The translations under genes were made by a program, and so were the position numbers. A DNA stretch of 63,695 nt, the filler included, from Choristocarpus tenellus KU-1152 (taxonomy: Eukaryota > Protista > Phaeophyceae), in the NCBI GenBank assembly GCA_964200185.2. It is 6 parts of 6 records of this genome, joined end to end, with 100 filler letters (N's around TTAATTAATTAA, not from the genome) between each part and the next. Parts side by side here need not be neighbours in the genome. Positions count along the whole stretch, not along the records: positions 1 to 28,289 come from CAXNAD020000128.1; 5 more parts are not named here. One strand, written 5' to 3'. Shown in pieces: positions 1-11,084 of the stretch. The notes below the pieces were generated by a model. The model was not told where the DNA came from and searched no databases. It was given only the letters and a program-made list of their open reading frames with translations. The first letter of the stretch is position 1. Every line of letters begins with the position of its first letter.

Positions 1-53
1 CACTTTTCGCGAAAAAAATTTACACCGCGCCACTCTCGCGTGAATATCTCTGG

Positions 54-179
54 GAGTTTGTGCCAAATCGCCCGAATACGAGAATTCCGGTACAAAAGCC
101 TATTTTTTTTAGCATGTCGAAAAAAGCGGTACAGAAGTGCACATTTTTCGATTTGGTTCATAATGTTTGGCACAAACTC
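54..179. repeat. 126-bp element bounded by perfect 14-bp inverted repeats (MITE-like)
   Basis: GAGTTTGTGCCAAA at 54-67 and its reverse complement TTTGGCACAAACTC at 166-179. No clean TSD. Confidence 0.55.
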
Positions 180-302
180 GGGGTAGGTACTGTAATAACT
201 GAAGTAGCCCTAGAGCTCCCTACAGCCGCCCAGAGCTCAAGACATCAAGTTCAAAGTTTCCGAGACGATACAAACACCACATCATTCATTACCTCATCAA
301 CA

Positions 303-1525
303 ATGATGCGAAGGTTATTGCCTGTTGTGTTATGTATATCATGGATAGTTGCAGATGCCTTCCTGACCGTTCCCAGCATTACTTGTCGGAGAATGTGCTC
401 GCTGCCAAGCTTTAGTGGGAGAGCAAAGACTGATAGAATGATGATGGTGAGAAGGAGGCGACATATCGATTTGTACATGTCGGGGTCGTCGGTTGGAGCC
501 CTATCACCACCCATGGAGGAGGAAGGGGATGGGGTGGAGTTTGACGCACCTCTGGCTACCAAGCTTACGGCTGGTGTCCTATTAGGGGTGCTTTGCTTGT
601 GGGGATTCCTGGTGGCAGGAACTAGGGCGGTGAACACACTTACCCCAACAGTCGGACAAGACGGACTTCGGAAAGGATTGCACTCAGCAGTGTTTGGCTT
701 CGCGTGCTTCTTCGATATTCTCTTTTTTCCCTTACAGCGAAGGGAGGCAAAGGACAAGGTAACTGTCAGGTGTCTGATTTCGTGTTGTTAGGGGTGCCCT
801 CTATGCTTAGCCCACTGTAGAGGACAAATCTCCTTTTCATAAACCGGGCATCAAGAATCCTGACCTACATATATTTCATCCCACAGAATTTCATCAAAAA
901 CCTACGAAGACCTACGTGGGCCCCACCTCCACTAGCCTTCCCGATCGTATGGTCCCTGATCAAAACGTTGTGGACAGTTGCAATGTCGACGGCCTTCGAT
1001 ATTGTGGGAAGAAACGTGTTTGCGACTATACCAACAGGCCTGTTTGCGGTGCACTTGACTCTTGGTACTGCATGGAGCAATCTTTACACTAAGGTACGAT
1101 CCAGGGGATATTTTTAGTTGCGTTTAAGTTTGGCGCAAATGCGCATCCTTGAAAAGAGTCTCCGCAGCCTCTACCTTGGCGATGCTACTTCAAGGTTCTA
1201 GTCGTACGCTTCAGCTCTCACCCTCCTCTTATAGCAATCACTGAGTCCTGAAATCAATGCACCGCCTTCCTCCCTGCAGGAGAACCAACTTGGGGCTGGG
1301 GTTCCCTTGATATTTCTCCTCGGGGGTACCTTCATTGGCACTGCATGGGCCCTTTACAAGATTTCGCCAATAGCAGGACTTCTGTATATTCCGTCCTGCA
1401 TTTGGGGTTGCATAGCTTCATGCCTGAACGTACGTGTATGGCAACTCAATGGTTGTCCCCCTCTTTACCCTTTCCGTCTGTCAGGGTCTCCAGGGGTATC
1501 AGCACGAAGTGAGGGTGAGAAATAG
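303..1525 (+). CDS. TSPO: TspO/MBR (tryptophan-rich sensory protein/translocator) family protein; 3 exons: 303-758, 887-1093, 1280-1525
   Basis: Two phase-0 GT-AG introns join the exons in frame. Exon 2 encodes NLRRPTWAPPPLAFPIVWSLI (TspO LxKPxWxPPxxxFxxVW motif). Exon 3 encodes AGLLYIPSCIWGCIASCLNVRVWQLN (TspO C-terminal motif). The N-terminus is a signal peptide followed by ADAF and a Ser/Arg-rich stretch. Confidence 0.9.
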
Positions 1526-1689
1526 TGTAAAGGGAAGAAATCAAGCACCCAACTACTATTGATCTATGGGGTCTGCGCGGCTGCCTTTCTTGTTTCATCT
1601 GGAGGGTACAATCACATTGTTGGATATACCCATGTTGGAGAGGATAACCAGCACCTGACCTACCACCTGTTCTCTTGATATTTTTCCTT

Positions 1690-4600
1690 ACGGGGCATCC
1701 AATCTTGATGGATGGATGAAATGAATAATTTTCCCCTTACCAGAAAATCAAAAGTGGACGTTTGTAAGATTTTATTGTTTCTATTTGAAAGTTGTACAGG
1801 TTTCCTCTCTTTCATCTTCCAGAAACTGGGTGGAGAGACCATGCACTCTGCCCTGCATTTATGTATGTGGCATGTTTCAGTGAGCCTTCTGTTCTTTGAG
1901 AGAGAGGAGATGACATGCGCAAGGCTGTAGGTTCCTAGTTACCTACTTCATGCGTATTGCATGCATGAATGGGCAATTTCTCAACGTGGGCTCTAACATA
2001 TGGTAGCTCTTATTCCGCACCCCAGACATTGCATTTCATTGGTGCTTTCATGTTACAACATGGTAGTTCTAGGCTTGTTCCTATCAAAGTACTTTGTTAG
2101 CATATTGAAGAGATACTGAAGAAATGTGAGGAAGTCCGCATTTTGATCTTTTCATTGTGGGTGGTTTTTTGCATTACCAGCAACAAAGTAGTGTCTGAAC
2201 AAATTTTACATACCAAATGACCCCGAACACTGTCCTGAACAAAAGACATCATGAAGCGATTGCCCCCAAGTATTGTACCAGACATCAGATGTATGGATAA
2301 CAGTATAGTAGTATACTCCCAAGTGTTACTGTGTAGCGCCAATTGTAATAAAGAATGTGTGTTACCGTTGTATTGTGTGATACAGAAAATGTCAGAGTAA
2401 CCCTTCTGAGGGGCAAAAATGCAGTTATAGGTTTGAAATTCCTACCAAATATATGTGGTTCACCCAGTTCAGAATGCTTCTTTTTATAAGTTTACCATTT
2501 CATTCCCTTGTCAGAACCAACAACCTCACCTTCTCAACCAAAACATTATGAAACCTGAAGAACTACCTCCACAGCTCCAAATCAAGAAGCTTGTAAGGAA
2601 AAAAATGTCAGAAAGATCTGGTGGAGTGGACAAGGGGGGGGGTATACAAACACATATTTTGTCCAAAATGGGCTAAAATATGAGGAAGATGGAAATCGAC
2701 TCATTTTACATTTGGAAGAACTGAGCAATAAGGGTGCAATATCAAGCAATACGCATAATTATACCCGCTTTGATCTGGAACACAGAGGCCCAGACCATCT
2801 ACTATTCTGAGCAAGTACTCCTTTCTGTCTCTAGCCACAAAATGACACCCCCTAACAACCTAGTTGATGTGTGCCTGCACCGTAGAATCCTTTCCCAACA
2901 TTCCAAATTGCTTCAAAATCCAAGGGTGGACAGGTTGGTGCGCATGATCCAATGTTATACTAGGTTTCAGATTGCTTTCATGCTAGAATCAAATTGTCAA
3001 CTGATGCAGAGAATTCAGTTAGTAAAGTCAAGGAAAGCAAGTGCAGTGACACTTTGCCCATCTAATATTTTGCTCTTATTTCTCTAAACCTGAAATACCC
3101 TCACTCTACAACCAAACCTGCCATTGAATAAATCACTTAAGCAATGATCCTGATATCATACCAGAGAGTAGGGTAATGCATGTAGTAGTGCCTACGAACT
3201 AGGACATCCTCAAATGAGACTCATTCTCAAAAGACAAACATTCCTTTCACGAGCAGAATTTGTTTCGCCAACATCCAAGAGAGAATGAAGGGTTGATTTC
3301 ATACTGAAACGTTTCAAACTTTGACCCCAAATGTTCTCATGTTGCAAGTGATAGTGGACTTTCTTTTACAATTCAACTCAGAACATGGTGCTGAACAATG
3401 GGCATATAGAGCAAGAAAAACCTTGAGAGCCCTGAACAGCGTGTCTTACAGAACAAATGACCCCAAGTATTGATTGCCCTGAACAATGGGCGTTATTGAT
3501 CAGGTGCTCACAACAATTGTCCGGGACAAATGAGGTTATAGACCAGACAACTCCAACCAGTGTCCCATACAAAGCACGACATAGGTCAAATTTGACAGAG
3601 GGTTCTTCTAGGACAATGCTGCTGGTCAGCATTACGCTGTCTGGTGCGTTGCATTTGTACTTTGCAACTTGGAGTGTGTAAAGAAATCCTTTGTATATGA
3701 GTGCACATGTATGTTATGTGGACACCACAAAGTCTGCCCTTATCAGCATAATAGATATTTGTACGCTTGCTTCCCATACCCAACACATCTATTGTCTTGT
3801 TACATATCCCATATTGCGGAGTAAGAATACCAACATAGTTCCCTGTTTCTTGCCATATATTAATGATGAAAATGGCTGCTCTTTGCTTGTCACGAAAACC
3901 TCACCTATTTTTGGTGCGTTCACTGTACTATGCACATCATGCTACTACAATAATTCCAGAGCAAGAAAAAGGATAAGTTTCTGTGTAATACCTGTATGTA
4001 ACCCCAGGTACATCATACATACACATGGTAGAGTATCTTGTATTAGTGATGTATGGAATTACATACTACTAGGTGTATTTTTAGTACTGACGGTATATGA
4101 AAGAAGGGCTCAACCAACTCTTGCTTGACTTCACAGAGATAAGGATGCATTTCTAGTTCCACCTTGGTTTATGCTTGCATCAATAAACAGTACCAAGATT
4201 TGGAAGTGTACCCCACTAGCCTTGGATTGGTTAGCCAAGTACATACAGACATATGTTCGAGTGTTGATGTAATGGACGCTCTATCCTCTTCAACTATACG
4301 GATGAATCTGATGTATTTATGATGCGCTGCTACATTACTACTAGAAGCCAGGGCTGGGTGGCTAGACACACTTGATAAAGGGTCCATTACTTCAAAAGGG
4401 GCTTGTCCTTGTCCACCCAACTGTGAGCATCTAGATGTACCAGGTAGTAGATGGCTTACATACTTCAAACAGGAGAAATTTGAAAACCCAGAGGAGGAGG
4501 TATTATTAATTTTGAAGGCCAAACCAAGATTTTAAAGTACTCCTCAGTATCGAAATTTTAGGGCATTTACTTCTTCTGAGAGGTGAACAAATCAGCATTC

Positions 4601-4820
4601 TCTGTTTCTACAGGAATTTCTTCATGATGAGAAGCCCAACCAAACAAGACTCGATTAGCATGATGTGGTCCGTGTGTACATCCCTCATGTTGCATTTTCG
4701 AGGGCATTTGAGAGAATGAGAATTTGCTTGTCTACCAGAACTGGTACTACTTCGACATCTGTGTGCGAATAACATGTGTGGTGCATTCCCTCCACTTTTC
4801 CTTTTCAACCGCATGGTCGG
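1690..4820 (+). pseudogene. Possible decayed multi-exon gene or transposon-derived ORF
   Basis: Several AG/GT-bounded, protein-like segments interrupted by stops, e.g. ~3380-3625 EHGAEQWAYRARKTLRALNSVSYRTNDPKY*LP*TMGVIDQVLTTIVRDK*GY and ~3890 CHENLTYFWCVHC. No family recognised; boundaries approximate. Confidence 0.25.
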
Positions 4821-7494
4821 TGTTATGAGTTGATGCTTGATATAACAAAAATAACAGGGAACTTCAAAGGCACAAGAAATAACAATGATATCCATCAAGA
4901 GAAGACAAAGAAATGATGAAGTCCACGACTGATTTCAAGTGGCCTTGAAACATCGAAGAGCACAAAATGGACAAAAAAAATAACGCGTTTTTCAAGTTCG
5001 ACACGTACGTGGATACTGCTAGCTATGGCCATATAGACGGTATGAATGGGGCAAAGTAAACTAGAGGTTTCAAGGCTTAGACCGATTCGCATTTTAAGTC
5101 TGTTTTTCAATATTTTGTAGTTAATTCATTCATATTTCTATAGATGAAGTTCTAAGTTTGTCGTGAGAGCATTCATTTCCCTGTTGTCTGGAAATTTTCT
5201 GACGCAATTCACAAAATATTCTATAGACATTTATTTGAAAAAAAAGTCGAATTTTGGACATATTTGTCAGCATCCTTAGAATACAACTCTGCGTTAGGTC
5301 TCGTTTAATTTTACTCGATGTTAGTAGTAATAGTTACACTTCTTGGCAGTATGACGAAATAAAATATATTGTGTAGTATATTCTCTAGAAGCACTTATTT
5401 TTCGAACAAAAAAATCCTTTGAAAACAGTACTATCACTACTTACTAGGACTGCTCATTACTATCTATAATATATATATAAATACAACCTATTATTGTACT
5501 ACAAACGATCCACACTAAACGTTTCAATACAAAATTATACGAAACCTAGGAAAAACTCCTTCATGGATAATAAAAGACAGGTTCAACATTTTGAGGCTAT
5601 CTCTTGATATCTGAGGAATACAATGTGCACTATTTTTTGTTAGCTTGAGGTAGAGTGATAGACTGACACTGCTTGTGACAAAATCAGTTACTACGAATGG
5701 ATGCATTCTTCTGTACCAGTCCCTACCAAGATCCTAAACTCATGCAGTACTGGTGCCTTGACTTGGTGTTTTCTGAATATCTCAAACATACACCAAACTA
5801 GAGGTCAGGTTACTACCCACTACGCATTCACTTGGTGTGTCCTACTGTAGATTGGTGTTTATGTTACCCATACCTTTTATATTTTACACATAATAACACG
5901 CTCATACTCCAAAATAGGAAAACATTATGTCTGTGGTACAATAATATTCTTTTCTCAAGAGTTGAATATCACATAATGGAAGAATACTAAACTCCATGCG
6001 AAGAGGCCAGAGTCAACGTTTTTCTAAATATAGGTGTACACATCAACCAAAAATGATTTTGTATTCCTTACGACTTCAGCAGCATGATGCTTCACTAGCA
6101 TCACATGCGCTCCAATTTTGATGGTATACTTCAAAGGGTTACAGGTTCACAGGTAAACGCAGTCTAAAAGAAAGCAAAATAACTCCCCACAAAATTTCGC
6201 TTTTGAAGAGTTTGCAGTCTACATGCGGGCGGTAACACATACTTCTTGCAAGAAATATTCGGTAATATGTTCATACTATGAGAGGCAGGTAGGAATATGA
6301 CTTAACACATTCTTCCCGTCACCACAAAGATATTAATGTTAGGTACTTAACTTCATCAGTGCATCTCACTTTACCTTGATCTATTTGAGAGAGAAGTTGA
6401 AGGACTGTTGTGTTTCCACCTGCCTAACACAGACCTCACTGCAATCCACTTTCTTGTATGGTTTACTACTTTACTTGCACACAGTATAGTTTTTACGCAA
6501 ATAGCTACCTTTATGGTGACACCAGTATTGTTTAAGACTCTATAGTGATCTTGGAACATTCCTTGCCTCAATAGATCTATCTCGTTTCATTCCTCACCAA
6601 CATAAGTTTTGGACATGAGTAAACCTTGGAAATTGAGACCCAACAAGTATCCCAGAAGCAACAAAACTTCTTCAAGGTATCACCGAACAGGCACAAAAAA
6701 GTATGATACAGATCCTCGAGCTTATTGAGGAAGGAATGCCCACATGACTTCAAAAGTGCAACCTACCCACATATTGAACAGAAGGGCACACACTAGGAAT
6801 AACCCTTCATTTTCTTCACTAGATTTTTGCCGATCACAGGTGGGATGGTGGTGAGTCTATGTTCAACGAAATAAATGCACAATTCAAACTACAGGCAATT
6901 GTCAAAAGACAGGAGATACAAAAGTAAATGAGGATGCATAAGTGAATTTCTATGGGACTCTTAAACGACGTTCTTTTCAAATAGTACTTCATACTTCAAT
7001 CAAAACCATGCTAACAGCCAACCTATGGCAATATTAACAACCCCCAGGGACAAAAATCCTTTTGAGTCCGTTCTTTGAATAGCACACCTACACAGCATTT
7101 CCCAGCACACGTACATATATGCGCAAAATAATTATGTGTAAGGTAGATTGCCTTGGCTTTGTAGTAGTCAGCAATTCTTCATTGGGTGAAAAGTGTGGGG
7201 TTTGGTGAGGAGATTGAGTAGAGAGGCGAGAGAATTATACACATTGGAGGTATGCAGTTATCAGACAACTGTACAGCATGTGTTGCACTCTGGGAGATCT
7301 CGGTCAGGATGGTCTTGTTCCGCCAGCTCAAGTGACAGCATGGAGACCCATGACTTATCCCACTCAGCTTTCCTCTTCTTCGTGCTGCAAAGATACATTT
7401 TGTCTACACACCTGTGAAAGACATGTCACCTTGGATGAACCCTCCCAATCCCCAAAGCCCCCTCAATCGCCCAATCAAAGAATTATTACCCTCA

Positions 7495-10400
7495 TCATGT
7501 TTGGTGAGTCAAAGGTCCTCCTGGCTCAACATTCTTGACTGAGGACTGGTGGGGCCTCATCTGTGGCCGCTCCTTTCCCCCTGCCCCATGTGCTGGGGGG
7601 GACAGTGATCGTAGGAAGGCCTCCACATCATCTTTCCTACGCATAGCTGCAAGATCAACAGGCAGGTACCCTTGTGCGTCTGTTACAGTGGGGTCCGCCC
7701 CCCTCGCAATAAGGTCCTTGGCCAGTCCCAAAGCCCCCCTGTATGCCGCAGCATGTAGACAGGTCTCTCCTGTCTCACGACAGAAGGAAGGAGAAACCCC
7801 AGCATTGAGCAGGCCTACTAATGGGTCTGTGTCTCCAGTGGAGAAAGCCATGTAGATAGCACGGTCCATGCGTGCCGCCAGCACCTTGTGATTGTTCATC
7901 ATTGCTCGCCCACCTCCTCCTCCCTCTGGACGGGGCACACCCTCCAAATTCCTGTTGTTAGATAAATCAGACAATATGGAGTGAGCTATGCTGTGACTGG
8001 GATAGTACACATATGGTGCAAGAGAAAATAAAGCAAATCTTCCAACTTATTTAGTGTGAGGAAGGATCCCCAAAATTGTGGGGTTGTTGGAGTGGTATCA
8101 GATTAGCTTAACATAAATTGACAAGTGGTACCCATCAGTCAATTTTTTTATGGAAGAATGAACTACTGTCAGCTCATGTACAACATGGGCATTGCTAATT
8201 CCAAAGAAATCAAATTCATCACCAACCCCCAAGTACTGTAAGACAAGAAAAACATACTGAAACAGAATGATATTGTAGTAAATGGAAGAGGAGAGCTTGC
8301 GTTGCCTCCCAGGGTCCTCTTGGACCCTCTCCTCTCCATGCGCCTCACGCGCATGGCTAACCTCGTCACTGTCTTGGGATATTCTTGCTTCTCCTTGGGT
8401 ACATCTTCAGGCAGTGGCGGAGAACGCCTCCTCACTTCATCCCAGTGTGGACCTGGCAAACAGTCCTTGTTCCCACCCCGATAACATTGGATGCACTTGG
8501 AGCAGACAGTACAAATACGCACATACGCCTCCTTGCACACCACACACTCCCGCTGGGTCTGTTCTTCTGCCCTGTACTTGAACATATGTGGCCACTCCCC
8601 ACGAATGTCTGCACCTCCACCCTCTCCCCTATGGTTTTTACTCTCACCATTAGCCGTTGTCCTGTCCTCGTCATCCGAAGAAAAAGCAGCTCTTCCTTCA
8701 TCTACCTGGGGGGGAAGCTCTGAAAGCCTCACACGCTTTACCTTCCTTGGGAGATTTACACCACCTCTATTATCTCCTTTCAGCCCACCACTCCTCCTGC
8801 CCCTCAATTGGACCGGGCTAACAAGGGCCGAAGCAAGAGTTGGATGCTGCACACAATTACTCAAGACGTTGCCCAGTCCACTGTCAGATGAAGAGGGCCC
8901 TGTGGAAGTAGGAGTCCTCAAAAGGGATACAGAATTGGTTGTGCTTACATCAACAACAGTCCCCCTTGTGGAATGCCCTCCAGTAAAGGTCAACGGCCCC
9001 ACAAGTGGGGCAGAAGTGTTTGTGCCCAGATCAATTTCATTGCTCCCTGCAGAAACCTCCGTGAGACGGTCCAGATGCACAGAATCACTCCTTGACTCGC
9101 TCATGACACTCTGGCTCAGCGGTGGAGGTGCAAGAGGCAGAGGGGGAGGCAAATCAACCTCTACAGCATCACCCCCACACCTTACTACAACACTCTCTCT
9201 GCTCTCCCCAAGGTCAGGATTCACCTCAATAGATGATGAGCCAAAATTTCTTCCATTACCCAATGTTGGGGCTGAAGAAACGAGAGTAGATGGATCAACC
9301 AATGCAGAAGACCTCATACCCCCTTTATGATGACCCATAAAGTTGACCTCTGACCCAGGAAGGATCTCCTCACGCATATGTACGTCACCCACCTCAGAAC
9401 CAAGTCCACCCGCAGGATTGATGGCAGGTAAAGTGGTTTCAGTTCGCACAGCATTAACCATATCCACAACACCATTATTCCCATCGGGTAGTGCCACCTC
9501 TGAGGCCGGTGAGGGATGGCCCAGCCAAACAGCCCCACCATTAAGCCTAATGGGGTGGTCCAAAGATTGAGGCAAGGTACAACCTGGAAGCAAAGGTGTG
9601 ATGGTGGGGCTCCTTGCTAGAGTAGGCCACCCTTGTCCAGAGGTGGGGATATCTGAGGGATGAGTTGCAGGAGGGAGAGTTACAGTTTCTTGAGCAACAG
9701 TGATGACTCCATTTAGCACAGGTGGTGGGACTGATGCAGGTGCAGGTGCATTTTCATGCCAGGAGGTATTTTCTTCATCTTGTACTCGGGCAGGCGCCAC
9801 GGATACTGTAGTGGTTACAGGGTTGCGGTCTTGCCCCACAGATGGGCTCCTCGAACGCTCACGTTCTGCCATTTCCTCCCTTTTTGCACTGCGTCCACGG
9901 GTGTGTTCCATGTGATGTGTGGGTTTGGATAAGTTCATACTACGATTTTTCTTCCTTGACAGGGTATTCACTCCTGCACCCCATCCAACATCGTCTTCCT
10001 CTGCCGCGGTACCAGTGTTGCCACTTTGTTGTCCCCACTCATCTGCATGGACCCCAAAAAGCTGGTTATCCAAAACTACTTCAGGACTGCTAGATACAGG
10101 GACATGTGAAATAGGTGGTCGATGACCAAGCCAGACCTGACCCGCCTGTAACTTTTCCATTCTCCTCGGAGAAGGACTGGAGGTCATATTAGTCCGGTCT
10201 GCTTCCCAAGTTGGTTCCCATCCATCCCTACTCTCTGCCTCTTCCTGCCATACATTAGAAGCCTCATCTTCCCTTCCCCAAGTCCCTCCTGCGACGCGAG
10301 GACGCTTCAACCCACTTTCCAATGACGTATCTACTGTCGAATGGGGAGGGTTGTCTCTCCCTCGCCAAGTGGACCCACGTCGATAACCTGATACTCTTGA

Positions 10401-11084
10401 TCCCCGCACGGACACAACTCCACTTTCACCCCTCACATTCAATACTCGCTCTCGACCTCCTTGGGTACCCCTTCCTATTCCATTACCATCCAATGGTTGG
10501 CGACGTTGAGACTTGCGCACAATCGGGACACCGTTGTATTTGCCACCCGACCTCTCAAGAGGTAGACGTGTTGTCCCCTCGCCAAGACTCACTCTTCTCA
10601 TGGCATTGTTCAGGGGCGCTCCGATTGGAAAGGGTTGAGCCGAAGATCTGTCCCGATGGCCTAAGGCAGCACTTTGCGGGTTATATCGGCCAGCGTACGT
10701 AGATCTAACATATCCAGCAGTCGAATTCATTTCTGACGAAACTGGAGCAAGTGTTCGGTCTTCCGTCTCAAATGTGTCAAATGAACGAGAGACTTCCCGA
10801 CTATTTCGCAAACCATGACCTGTATCTTGCTCCAAACCTGATGAAGAATCCCACCTCTTGCCAAAGGAAACGATGTTGTTGCCGTCATCTATGAAGCGGG
10901 TTTTTGACTCCGACTCTACCCTTTCAGAGGGATAATCAAGCATTTGTTCGTCGGGCCTTTCTTGAAAATGGGCCCTATGAGTAACAGGTTGCTCGCTATC
11001 TCGAGAGGACCACAATGGCGATGTGAACTGCGTCTCAAAACCAGGAGTGATGCAAGCAGTAGGGAATCGCTCCGTTCTCTCCAT
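7495..11084 (-). CDS. Large low-complexity protein with Cys-rich cluster and C-terminal ankyrin repeats; proposed exons 11084-8362 and 7990-7495 (~1072 aa)
   Basis: 971-codon open frame rich in S/P/G/R, containing CVVC-x7-CTVCSKCIQC-x7-C. Donor AG|GTTAGC at 8362 (phase 2) fits acceptor CACAG| at 7990. The second exon encodes ankyrin consensus GETCLHAAAYRGALGLAKDLIARGADPTVTDAQGYLPVDLA. Confidence 0.75.

Noticed and set aside
60-302. 5' extension of the 243-aa ORF upstream of the TSPO ATG
   Set aside because: It starts at a GTG inside the inverted-repeat element; the signal peptide begins at ATG 303.
8282-10702. Plus-strand ORFs (e.g. 8491-9330, 279 aa)
   Set aside because: Antisense shadows of the 971-codon minus-strand exon.
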